Below the pieces are notes generated by a model. That model searched no databases. It saw only the letters and a program-made list of their open reading frames with translations, and was not told the DNA's origin. The position numbers were made by a program, and so were the translations under genes. From assembly GCA_050730415.1 (NCBI GenBank), contig JBOHNC010000328.1, positions 1-58,786 on the forward strand: a stretch of 58,786 nt of DNA, read 5' to 3'. Position 1 is the first letter of the stretch, and each line of letters begins with the position of its first letter. This DNA is from Planctomycetota bacterium (GTDB taxonomy: Bacteria; Planctomycetota; SZUA-567; H5-PLA8; JBOHNC01). Of the stretch, positions 39,654 through 48,380 are shown piece after piece.

Positions 39654-40467
39654 ACGCAGCTCCTCTGTTCAAGAGCCTCTGCGTGCAAAACTGCACTTGC
39701 TAGGGCAACCGACGTGCCAAGCGCGCGGTTGATGCGTGCCGTTTATAAAGCGCCAAGGCTGGCGCCAAACGGCTTCGGAGGGCTCCACAGTTGGAGCGGA
39801 GGGATTGGGGGAGGCCCCCCGAATTCAAGTCAATGCGGCGAACACGCAAACCGGGTTTTCCTATGTTTTTGAGTCCGCCACAGGGAACGCGCCAATCTGG
39901 AGGCCGATCTACCTGCCGTACAATCTGGCCGCATCGAACGATTTCGCGTTCCACCTCATTAATTAACACCATGATTGCCCCACGCGCAAGTTCCCACGGT
40001 AAATTCAGGGCTCCATTCGAAAAATAGTTGCGAATGAGAACCATTCTCGCCCGCCCGCCCACACCGCTTCAGATCCTCAGCGACCTCAAAATTCGCGCAC
40101 GCTCGCACCTTCTGCCGGCCGTCCGGATGCTCGCCGCCCCAGCATCATGCTGCAGGTTTGATTGAAGGTGTAAGCCCAATTTCGCGAGAAGGAGTAAGAT
40201 GGCGCACGGGTTGCATCTCCCGGCAGCGCCGGTGATGCGAGGAGCAACGCCCTGCGACGCCTCTCGACCACCTCCGGCGCTTCGTGATGCCGTGGTTGCC
40301 AAGGGGTTCCCCGAGCCTGCCGTGAAGCGGCTCGGCATCGCCGCACAACCGAGCGGCCGCCTGGCCAGCCAGGCAGCGATGCACCGGATCCCACTCCTCC
40401 CCCCGGCCCAGCCTGTCCGTCTCGCTGGCCCGCCGTTCGGTTCGCCTTGGAGTCCCGTCCACTTGCG

Positions 40468-41442
40468 ATGAAAATTCTCTGCTTCACCCCGCATCCCTGC
40501 ATCGATCAGAACTACGCCGCGCCCGAGGCCGCCTGGAACACCGTTGCCACCGCCGAAAGCCTCGAAGAACTGGCCTCCGGCAAGGCGGTGAACTGGGCCT
40601 GCAACTTGGGCGACCTGTGCGCCGGCACTCACCCTACCGCCGCGGACATCGCCGCCCTCGTGCTGATTCCCGATGCCGCGGTCGGCCTCTACCGCGAGCG
40701 TCTCACCCGCCACGGCGTCCAAGCGCTGTTCGTCGAAACGCTCGAACCCGTTCGCCGCCACCTGACATTAATCGCCCGCGAACAGTCCCTGCACCTGCGG
40801 CTGGCCGGCCAGCCGCTTTCGCCGGCTGCCTGGCTCAAAATCAGCGAGTCCCTCGAACCCGGTCGAGTGCTTGGGAAAGGCGACGTCCTGGTGATCGCCG
40901 GTTCTTTACCGCCCCAAGCGCCGCTGCCCCGTCTACGCCAGGACCTCGGCCGGCTGCGCGACGCCGGGGTTGAAATCTGGCTCGACCTGCACGGCCCGGC
41001 CTTGGTGGCGCTTCATCCGGAGGCCTCCGTCATCAAAATCAATGCCGACGAATTCCGCGCCTGGATGAAAAAGGAAAAGCGCAAGTCGCTCGCGCGGGTC
41101 ATCGCCAACGCTCTGCGAGCGCTCGATCGCTGCAATTATCTGGCCGTGACCTGCGGTGCGGAGGGCGCCTACTTGGCCTACCGCAACCCCGGTGAATCCA
41201 CGCCGCTGGTGATCCACGGTCGTCTGAATGCGGAAAAGGTGGTCCGCCCGACCGGCGCCGGCGATTGCTTCGGCGCGGCGATGCTCTGGGCTTTTTTGCA
41301 GCACCGCCAAAGTTCCGACGCACTTCGTTTGGCGGTGGCGGCGGCGACGTTGGCGGTGGAACGCGGTCCGCAGAACGGTCTCGATCCCGGCGAAGTCCGC
41401 GTCCGCGGCGCGCAGGTGGCCATCAACGACCATCCGCGGTGA
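40468..41442 (+). CDS. PfkB-family carbohydrate/phosphosugar kinase (1-phosphofructokinase-like)
   Basis: ORF 40447..41442. Start taken at ATG 40468 (MKILCFTPHPCIDQNY). The C-terminal PfkB signature is VVRPTGAGDCFGAAMLWAFL. Confidence 0.85.
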   Translation: MKILCFTPHPCIDQNYAAPEAAWNTVATAESLEELASGKAVNWACNLGDLCAGTHPTAADIAALVLIPDAAVGLYRERLTRHGVQALFVETLEPVRRHLTLIAREQSLHLRLAGQPLSPAAWLKISESLEPGRVLGKGDVLVIAGSLPPQAPLPRLRQDLGRLRDAGVEIWLDLHGPALVALHPEASVIKINADEFRAWMKKEKRKSLARVIANALRALDRCNYLAVTCGAEGAYLAYRNPGESTPLVIHGRLNAEKVVRPTGAGDCFGAAMLWAFLQHRQSSDALRLAVAAATLAVERGPQNGLDPGEVRVRGAQVAINDHPR

Positions 41443-41448
41443 AGCGAG

Positions 41449-42849
41449 TTATTTCACGCCGCCCTCACCACCCTCCGTCCCGCGATTGGTGGAACGCATG
41501 GAGTTCAGCAATTCATCGACATCCGCACCTGAAAAAAACGGCGTCTTGAAGTCTTTGCCTCCCGTGAGCGTTTCCTCGCGGAGCCGTTTCACGTAGGCCG
41601 ATTTCAGCTTCAATGCCGACAGCGCCTTCTGTCCCTCGGGATCGAGGTGCCGGCCCATGACGCGGGCTGCCGCGAAAAATTGCGACTGAACTGCCGGGGG
41701 CGGCGTCGCGTCGGCCGGCAATTCGTCGAGCCCCGAAAATTGGGTCACGATTTTAGTCCGATAGTGGTCCTCGTAGGTCGCCTGAAATTTGGCGTCGAAT
41801 AGGTTCTTGTTCCCGGTCTGCAGAACCCCGGCGATGATAGAGGAGATTCCCAATCGGTCGGCCAAAGAGGCTGCGTTGTACTCGATCGGCGCCATTGGAC
41901 CCTCGCTTTCTGGATTCGGCGGCTCCGGTTCGGTGAACAGTTTCTGAACGAAATCGGTCTGTTCGGGTTTCATCTGTCCAGCCCAATTTTCCAACCATAC
42001 GGCGTGAAGGATCGGTTTCCCCAGCGTATACGGGCTGGGGCCGCACCCACCGTACATCAGCGCCGCCAGCGCTCCCAGCGGAGCGTTCTGTTTGGCAAAA
42101 CCCTGCAGCACTGCCTCTGAATCCTGACCAGGCAATCGAATCGCCGCCGCCAGCCGGAGGACCGGATCATTGCCCGGCTTCAGGAGCACCGCTAGCCAGG
42201 ACCGATTCCGCGCACCGATCATGTTCACCGCCGCCGCAGGATCCTTGCCATTCGCCAATGCGATTTGACCCCACCGATCCTGCTCATTCTTGGAGACTGG
42301 AAGGTAACTCCAACCGTCGTAAAAGGTCCACAGCCGGAAGCCGTCGGAATTGTCCGCAGGATTCTGGGCCAGCCGCTCCAGGAACAGCGCCAGATAAGCG
42401 CCGCCGTCGCATCCTGGATCACGCGGACCGGGACCGAAGAAAAATTTGCCGGCCATGATCTTCAATTTAAGTGCCGCCATTCCCTTCACGTCGATCACAT
42501 CGGCATCGAGACCGCGGACTTTGGTGTCGAACTGATCCTGTGGCTGCCACGCGTCGGCGGCCTTCGCGAGGTCCGGCTTGTCCAGGCGCGCTGTCAGCGC
42601 CGCGGCCAGCCAGTCTCCGGGCGCCGCCTTTTCGCGCGCAGCCAGCATCTCTTTTGCCTTCGGGTCGGCCAGCAGCGCGTCGCGTGCTTTTTCATACGCC
42701 GCCCCGCGCAGCGGCCGGAGTGCATCCAATTCCGCTTCAAGGGCGTCCGCTGCAAGCAACGGTTTTTGGACCGCGACCAACGCCAATGCTGCCGCCAGCA
42801 GCGCCACAAATCCCATCGCCGCCGGCATGGACCGTCTGCCTCTGGACAT
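41449..42849 (-). CDS. Exported hypothetical protein (466 aa), no recognisable domain
   Basis: ORF 41449..42930(-). Start taken at ATG 42847-42849 (MSRGRRSMPAAMGFVALLAAALALVAVQKPLLAADA), giving a signal peptide. It has consistent GC3-rich codon usage and no antisense alternative with a domain. Confidence 0.7.
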   Translation of the reverse strand: MSRGRRSMPAAMGFVALLAAALALVAVQKPLLAADALEAELDALRPLRGAAYEKARDALLADPKAKEMLAAREKAAPGDWLAAALTARLDKPDLAKAADAWQPQDQFDTKVRGLDADVIDVKGMAALKLKIMAGKFFFGPGPRDPGCDGGAYLALFLERLAQNPADNSDGFRLWTFYDGWSYLPVSKNEQDRWGQIALANGKDPAAAVNMIGARNRSWLAVLLKPGNDPVLRLAAAIRLPGQDSEAVLQGFAKQNAPLGALAALMYGGCGPSPYTLGKPILHAVWLENWAGQMKPEQTDFVQKLFTEPEPPNPESEGPMAPIEYNAASLADRLGISSIIAGVLQTGNKNLFDAKFQATYEDHYRTKIVTQFSGLDELPADATPPPAVQSQFFAAARVMGRHLDPEGQKALSALKLKSAYVKRLREETLTGGKDFKTPFFSGADVDELLNSMRSTNRGTEGGEGGVK

Positions 42850-42971
42850 GTTTTGGACTCCGAACTTGCTGCAATATAGAAAACGTTCGTACCACCTTAC
42901 TCGATTCGGCGCGGCTGCCCAGTAGCCCAACCTGGGGTGTGCCTGCGGTTATTAGCTCCCAACGCCGACTG

Positions 42972-44621
42972 CTACAGCGTCGATAGCAGCGCCGCGCGCA
43001 GCGCCGGAATCGCCCGCCCCGCACGGGGGAACTCTTCGAAGGTTTGGAATGAGCGCAGCCGCTTATCGCTGGGCTCAACACCCAGCGTCTGCAGCAGGGC
43101 ATAGTCCTGCAGCCCGGCCGCGAATACTTCCCAGCGGATTGAATCCAACGGCCCGTCTTCATGCCCCTCGCCCGATCCCGGCCCTCCCGCGCCGGCCACG
43201 CCGCCGCCCGGATAGACCATGAACGGGTCGCCGTAAGCCCACCCCGGCCAGGCATGTGCATCGCTCACCGCGAACGGATCGATCAACCGCCGCGTCTGCC
43301 GCAGATACCAGTAGTTGTACCCCCAGTGCAGGAAGCCTCCGAAGCCATGCCGGTAGAACAGCCAGCCCTGCGCGCGCACGTTCGGCAGGGGCGTGTCCAG
43401 AAAACGGTTGGTGAACCGCCCGGTTGGCGAGCAACAGTAGTAGCACCACGAGGGAATGCCTTCGGCCTTGAAATCAAGCGCGGTCCGGATCGAGGGAATC
43501 GGGATGTCGGTCAGTTTCTGCCGGCCGTATTCAATGTCGCTCAGCGCGTCCATCACCTGCATCCACGGCGCCAGTTCGCGCAACAGCTTCCGCGCCGCGC
43601 GGTAGCCTTCCAGCGCCTCCGCGCCGTGCGGTTCATCGGACAGATGGAAAAACGAATTCTTCAGCAGTCCCTCGTGATCGAGAAACTGTTTCAGCGCCGG
43701 CAAAAATTGCGCTAGAAACTTTCGGTAGGTCGGCGAAGTCGCTCCGGTGGTCGACGGCCACAGCAGCCGCTCGTCGCCGCCCTGTTCGTGGTAGATCCGC
43801 AGTGCGTACTTCACGCCCCACTGCGTGAACAGATGCGCCCATTCAAAATGAGTGATCCCGGCCGCTTTCGCGGTTTTGATCCACTGCCGCACGGCGCGCC
43901 AGTCGAACCGGTAGCGATCCTTGCCCAATCGCGTCACGTGCAGCAATTGCGTCGGCCGTTTCACGCCGTCCAGCGGCGGCGTGAACACCGGCACGTAGAT
44001 CGTATCCCCGCCGTGCTCGGCGACGTTCCGCATGTAGCGTGCGCAAATCGGCCAGAAACCTTTCGAAAACGGCGCCACGCCGTACCAGTCGGCAAGCGCG
44101 TCGGCGTAGAACCAGTGCGTGACGTGAAAATCGCGCCGCCGCTGAAGCGTCACCGGCGCCACCTGGATGTCGCACGAAAGACGCTCCGTCCGGCAGGTTT
44201 TGCCTTCGCCCAGCGTGGCCGCCAGACGAATGGTTTTCCGTCCCGCGGTGGCGCTCGGCGCGACCTCGACCGTCACCCAGAAGGCCAAGACTTCGCCAGC
44301 CGGCGCGCGCGCGGTGGCGGTTGGAAAAAGCACGTCCGGCACGAAGCCCGGCAGCCGCCCATCGCGGCTTTCAAGCGGTGAGCCTTCGGTATGGTGCGCC
44401 ACCGGCACGCTGCCGACCCGCCGCACCTGGACCTGCAGTCCGGCCGGCGCCTGCACGGCGATCGTCACCGGCAGGATGCCGGGATGGTCGTGGCGCACAC
44501 AGACCTGGAAGGCGACGCGTTCGCCGCGTGCAGCCCAAAGCTCCAGCCGCCGAGTACTGCCGGGGCGGTCGGCGGGAAAAGCGCGCTGCCAATCGGGCTG
44601 GAGCCAAACCTGGAACTGCAT
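42972..44621 (-). CDS. DUF4091 domain-containing (GH123-like) protein
   Basis: The N-terminal beta-sandwich reads ERVAFQVCVRH...AFWVTVEVAPSATAGRKTI. The barrel carries the GFLHWGYNYW motif. The C-terminal part IRWEVFAAGLQDYALLQTL is typical of DUF4091 proteins. There is no signal peptide. Confidence 0.8.
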   Translation of the reverse strand: MQFQVWLQPDWQRAFPADRPGSTRRLELWAARGERVAFQVCVRHDHPGILPVTIAVQAPAGLQVQVRRVGSVPVAHHTEGSPLESRDGRLPGFVPDVLFPTATARAPAGEVLAFWVTVEVAPSATAGRKTIRLAATLGEGKTCRTERLSCDIQVAPVTLQRRRDFHVTHWFYADALADWYGVAPFSKGFWPICARYMRNVAEHGGDTIYVPVFTPPLDGVKRPTQLLHVTRLGKDRYRFDWRAVRQWIKTAKAAGITHFEWAHLFTQWGVKYALRIYHEQGGDERLLWPSTTGATSPTYRKFLAQFLPALKQFLDHEGLLKNSFFHLSDEPHGAEALEGYRAARKLLRELAPWMQVMDALSDIEYGRQKLTDIPIPSIRTALDFKAEGIPSWCYYCCSPTGRFTNRFLDTPLPNVRAQGWLFYRHGFGGFLHWGYNYWYLRQTRRLIDPFAVSDAHAWPGWAYGDPFMVYPGGGVAGAGGPGSGEGHEDGPLDSIRWEVFAAGLQDYALLQTLGVEPSDKRLRSFQTFEEFPRAGRAIPALRAALLSTL

Positions 44622-44791
44622 AGGAACTCCTTTTCCAAGCCAGGGGAATAACCAGTGTACGCTGGTTCACTGGTTCGCCACGGGGAGGCGTAGGACGGTT
44701 GGCGCGCCTGGTTTTGGTTTTTTGATATACCTTGATGACCTAAATCCTGGCGAACGGTTCCTTGATACGACCCCGCACGAAGGAGAACCCC

Positions 44792-46054
44792 ATGGCGCAG
44801 TCGAGATCTTTGCACCGCCGGCCGTATCGGGCGAGCCGGGCTTGGATCGCTGGGCTGTTGCCGGCCGTTGCGATAACTCTGCTTCTCTCGCCCGTTCCGA
44901 CCCTATCGCCCCTCTCGAATCTGGCGATAGGCGCCCTCGTAGCGGCCGAGGACGCACCCACCCTGATCCAGGACATCCACGACGGCGCCGACGGCGTAAC
45001 AATCGCCAGCCACGTCACCGCGATTGTGCCTGACGGCGATTTCGTCTTCGTCGGGATCGAATACACCGGCACGATCAAATGTTTCAAGCGCGACCCGGCC
45101 ACCGGCAAACTTCGCTTCGTTGCCGACACCGTCTGGGGCGTCAAAAACGACAGCCTTCAACTCTGCCTGGCCGGCAAAACCTTGGTCGGCGTCGGCGGTG
45201 CCGGCCATCGCACCGGCGACCAGGATTCCCGCGATCTGCACAGTTGGACCGTCGACCCCAAAACTGGCGCGCTGACCGAAAAATCGAAGCTGGACCTGCC
45301 GATTTCCTACGGCATTGTGGCTGCGCCGGACGGCAAATGCGTCTACGTGCTGTACAAGAAAAAAGCAACGGTAGCACGCTTCACCGTTGCCGTCGATGGC
45401 ACGCTCGCGCCCGCCAGCACGATGGCCTTCAAGGGCGTAACGAGCGAAATGGACAGCCTGACGCTTTCGCCCGACGGCCGGAATCTATATGCGCTGTGCA
45501 CCGACAAGCAGGGGATGGTGCTGAGGCAACTCAACCTGGGCGGCGACGGCGATTTCGCTTCCGACACCGCTCCTGCGATCTCCCAGTCGCTCGCCGACCT
45601 CACCGCTGACGTCCACTTTCCCCTCACCAAATGGGGCTGGGACTGGGGCCACGGGATTTTCCTCTCCCCCGACGGTAAACAACTCTACGCCCACTTCTAT
45701 CCCTACGGCGACACCGAAGACGTCCGCTTCGCTGAATACAACCGTGACCCCAAAACAGGCACGGTCACCTTCGTGAAACGCCTCGACGAAAAAACCACTC
45801 CCGCGATGGTGCGCCTGTCGGCGGTCTTCGAACCCGACGGCACCCGCGGATATTTTGTCTCCGGCAGTGAAAGTTCCGGCAATGTCGCTGGCTGGTTCAC
45901 CCGCGATCCCAAAACGGGCGATCTGGCCTTGGGCGGCATCGTCAAGCAAACCCAGCATTCCGGCCCCTGCTGCCTCGCCCTCGACGCCAAAAACCATGTG
46001 TTGTACGTCGGCGCCTGGAGCAATCAACATCTGTATGTGCTGAAGACGCCGTAG
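44792..46054 (+). CDS. Exported lactonase-type 7-bladed beta-propeller protein
   Basis: The ATG at 44792 has AAGGAGAA upstream. A signal/anchor segment is present (AWIAGLLPAVAITLLLSPV). Repeated blade motifs recur about every 45-50 aa (DPATGKLRFV, VDPKTGALTE, VAVDGTLAP, RDPKTGTVTFV, RDPKTGDLAL, LYV...). Confidence 0.75.
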   Translation: MAQSRSLHRRPYRASRAWIAGLLPAVAITLLLSPVPTLSPLSNLAIGALVAAEDAPTLIQDIHDGADGVTIASHVTAIVPDGDFVFVGIEYTGTIKCFKRDPATGKLRFVADTVWGVKNDSLQLCLAGKTLVGVGGAGHRTGDQDSRDLHSWTVDPKTGALTEKSKLDLPISYGIVAAPDGKCVYVLYKKKATVARFTVAVDGTLAPASTMAFKGVTSEMDSLTLSPDGRNLYALCTDKQGMVLRQLNLGGDGDFASDTAPAISQSLADLTADVHFPLTKWGWDWGHGIFLSPDGKQLYAHFYPYGDTEDVRFAEYNRDPKTGTVTFVKRLDEKTTPAMVRLSAVFEPDGTRGYFVSGSESSGNVAGWFTRDPKTGDLALGGIVKQTQHSGPCCLALDAKNHVLYVGAWSNQHLYVLKTP

Positions 46055-46079
46055 GCGGTCCGAACCGGGTGCCTGATTT

Positions 46080-47429
46080 TTATCCGCCCGACGCACGCCG
46101 GTACAACGCCGTTTCCACCGGCGTGCCGAACGGGTCCACGATCACGATTGCATCCCTCTCGAATCGGGCCGACACCGGCGTTCCTTTGCCTTGCTGCCAG
46201 TAGCCAAAGTTCTTCTCCGCCACCGCGCCGGCCGCTTCGATGATCATCACGATGCTCCGCTGCGACACCGCGTCCGGATAGGTGTTCGCCAGCGCAGAGG
46301 GATCGGCGCCGAGAAATTTCACCCGTTCAATCGCCAGCAGCCCCGCCACCAAGCTCGCCTTGCCATACCCAAAAATCTCCACCTTCCCCCCGGCGTTCTG
46401 GATGCGTCCGCCGAAGGTCGGATTGCGCGTGCGCGTGCCGTCGCCGATGATCGTCTCCCGGAACCCGCGGTATTGCTGGTCGACGAAGCCTCGCCCCAGC
46501 ACCCCGTAGACTTCGATTTCCTGGTTCACCGCGCCCTCGAATTCCCGCGGGTTGATCCAGTTGTTGTTGTAGTCCCCGCGCATGCCGTTGTCGTAGGTCA
46601 CGGTTACATCCACCGCGTCCCAGGTCTTGATCGGTGCGTGCTTGGAGAACTCGCGGAGCGCCCGACCCTGGCGGCGCGCCACCTCTTTCACGTATTCATC
46701 CCAGTGGATGAGCAGATTCTTCTGCCCCGTTGCGAACAGCGCCGCGGGAAACACCCCCGTGTAGTGCGCGACCACGTCCAGCCAGTGGCACCCCACATAC
46801 GCGAACGGGTTGCTGTGCTCGGCCCATTTGAAGACCTCCGTGGAGACCTCCAGCGGCTCCTCGAGCACCGCTCGAATCCGGTTGATCCGGTCGTACTTTT
46901 TTAGCGAGTGCGTCATCATCTCCCGGACAAACGGGTCGTAGCGTTTGTGCAGGTCCACCGCGAGCACCAGCTTTTTTGCCGCCGCCAGTGCGATCATCCG
47001 GTCCGCTTCGTCGGTTTTCAGGCACATCGGCTTTTCGGTGAGCACATGCACGCCGCATTCGAGCGCCTCCAGGATCGGCTGCGTGTGCAGGTGGTCCGGG
47101 GTGGCGACGATCAACACATCCGGCTTGTGTTCGTCAAGGATTTCCCGCCAAACTGTTTCGCCGTAGTGCGCTTTGGGCGCCTGCCCCGGGAATTCCTTCT
47201 CAAAATCGGCCGCGATTTTCCCGGCGGTGCCTGCCTTGGCAGAGTGCGTCCCGATGGCGACGAACTTTACGCCGATCCCCGCGACTTCGGGCGCGAGATG
47301 GCTCATGCCGATGCTCGTGAGCGCCCCCGCAATTCCCCCGCGTTGGAAATCCTTGAGCGACTGCCCGATGATGTCGTCGAAGAACATGCCGCCGCCGATC
47401 ACCGCGACCTTCAACACCCGCTCGTTCAT
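46080..47429 (-). CDS. Gfo/Idh/MocA family oxidoreductase
   Basis: ORF 46080..47441(-). I prefer the ATG at 47427-47429 (MNERVLKVAVIGGGMF), which has GGAG 6 nt upstream. The EKP motif is present (VLTEKPMCL). Confidence 0.9.
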   Translation of the reverse strand: MNERVLKVAVIGGGMFFDDIIGQSLKDFQRGGIAGALTSIGMSHLAPEVAGIGVKFVAIGTHSAKAGTAGKIAADFEKEFPGQAPKAHYGETVWREILDEHKPDVLIVATPDHLHTQPILEALECGVHVLTEKPMCLKTDEADRMIALAAAKKLVLAVDLHKRYDPFVREMMTHSLKKYDRINRIRAVLEEPLEVSTEVFKWAEHSNPFAYVGCHWLDVVAHYTGVFPAALFATGQKNLLIHWDEYVKEVARRQGRALREFSKHAPIKTWDAVDVTVTYDNGMRGDYNNNWINPREFEGAVNQEIEVYGVLGRGFVDQQYRGFRETIIGDGTRTRNPTFGGRIQNAGGKVEIFGYGKASLVAGLLAIERVKFLGADPSALANTYPDAVSQRSIVMIIEAAGAVAEKNFGYWQQGKGTPVSARFERDAIVIVDPFGTPVETALYRRASGG

Positions 47430-47585
47430 GCTGGACTCCATCGTTTCTGGGGATTCTCACTGCGCAGGAATCGCCCGATTTTCCGCGAGGGTAGGGGGAT
47501 GACAAGGGTGCACCCTGCCGACGGCCCGGCGGCCGGTTGCCGCCCGCAGGCCCAAGCCGCACGCCGGAAGGCGCTCCGAGGAAGG

Positions 47586-48380
47586 TCAGGCGGGATTGGG
47601 CGGAACCTGCGCAATAAAGGCCTGCCAGGAACATTGGCCGTTCTGGCGCGGGAACTCAAATTTTCCCGTCTCGATGAAGGCCTGGGCGCGCCTGGCATTC
47701 AGCCCGCCGTCTTTGGCAATGAACTGACCCCACCAGCCGTAGCCTTTGGGGAACTCCTCCGACGGCGTCACTCGGAATTCGGCGGGAAATAGTTTTTTGA
47801 TTGGGTCGAGCGCGTTCATCCAGGAATCGAAATGCACCGTATCCGGTGTGGCGTGGCCGGCGGTCGCCGCAAGCGTGCGGATTTCCTGCAGGATGGCGGC
47901 GAGGTCGGCGCGGCGCTCCTCGAGATTGGCGAAGGGCGACGCCGGCGCGACCGTGTTCTGAAAATGCAGGTGGACCACCCGCTTTTCGGGGTTGAAGTCG
48001 TAGCGGAAACAGCCGATGTAACGTTCTTCATTCAGGTGTTTTTCAAAGATGGGGTAAGCCGCCAGCCAGCGCGTCAGCCAGTCGGCGCGGAGGTGTTCGA
48101 CAAATGCCTCGCGGTCGGAGGGCTCGCGGTGCGTTTCGAAAAAACTCCATGTGGCAGCCAGTTGCCGACGCCAGCCGTGGTCGTCAAGGTCCATATTCAC
48201 CCCGGGCGCAAGCCGGCAGACGCTTTTGAAGGTGCTGAAATTGCCGAAAGCGTAATCGAGCCCCCACCAGGGTTCGCGGCGCAGCCGGTGGTGCAGGTAG
48301 CTGGCTTGGAGATCGAACATGCCGCGGTGGAAGTCGGCCCGCGTGCCCGTAGGGGACAGATTGTCGGGTGCTGGCGTCAT
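47586..48380 (-). CDS. Hypothetical protein (264 aa), unknown family
   Basis: Its start overlaps the stop of the upstream amidohydrolase gene by 4 nt (ATGA on the minus strand). It is a Trp-rich soluble protein (WWGLDYAFGNF..., GYGWWGQFIAKDGG...). I recognise no motif. Confidence 0.7.
   Translation of the reverse strand: MTPAPDNLSPTGTRADFHRGMFDLQASYLHHRLRREPWWGLDYAFGNFSTFKSVCRLAPGVNMDLDDHGWRRQLAATWSFFETHREPSDREAFVEHLRADWLTRWLAAYPIFEKHLNEERYIGCFRYDFNPEKRVVHLHFQNTVAPASPFANLEERRADLAAILQEIRTLAATAGHATPDTVHFDSWMNALDPIKKLFPAEFRVTPSEEFPKGYGWWGQFIAKDGGLNARRAQAFIETGKFEFPRQNGQCSWQAFIAQVPPNPA

Noticed and set aside
39700-40062. Overlapping ORFs 39700..40062(-), 39736..39966(+) and 39791..40027(+) in the gene-poor region
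   Set aside because: The three mutually overlapping short frames have similar, mediocre codon bias and non-ATG or unsupported starts. I cannot decide whether any is real, so the region is reported as a finding rather than annotated.
40069-40761. 230-aa minus-strand ORF overlapping the pfkB start
   Set aside because: It overlaps the 5' third of the PfkB gene in antisense. It has Gly/Arg/Ala-rich translation and no SD sequence.
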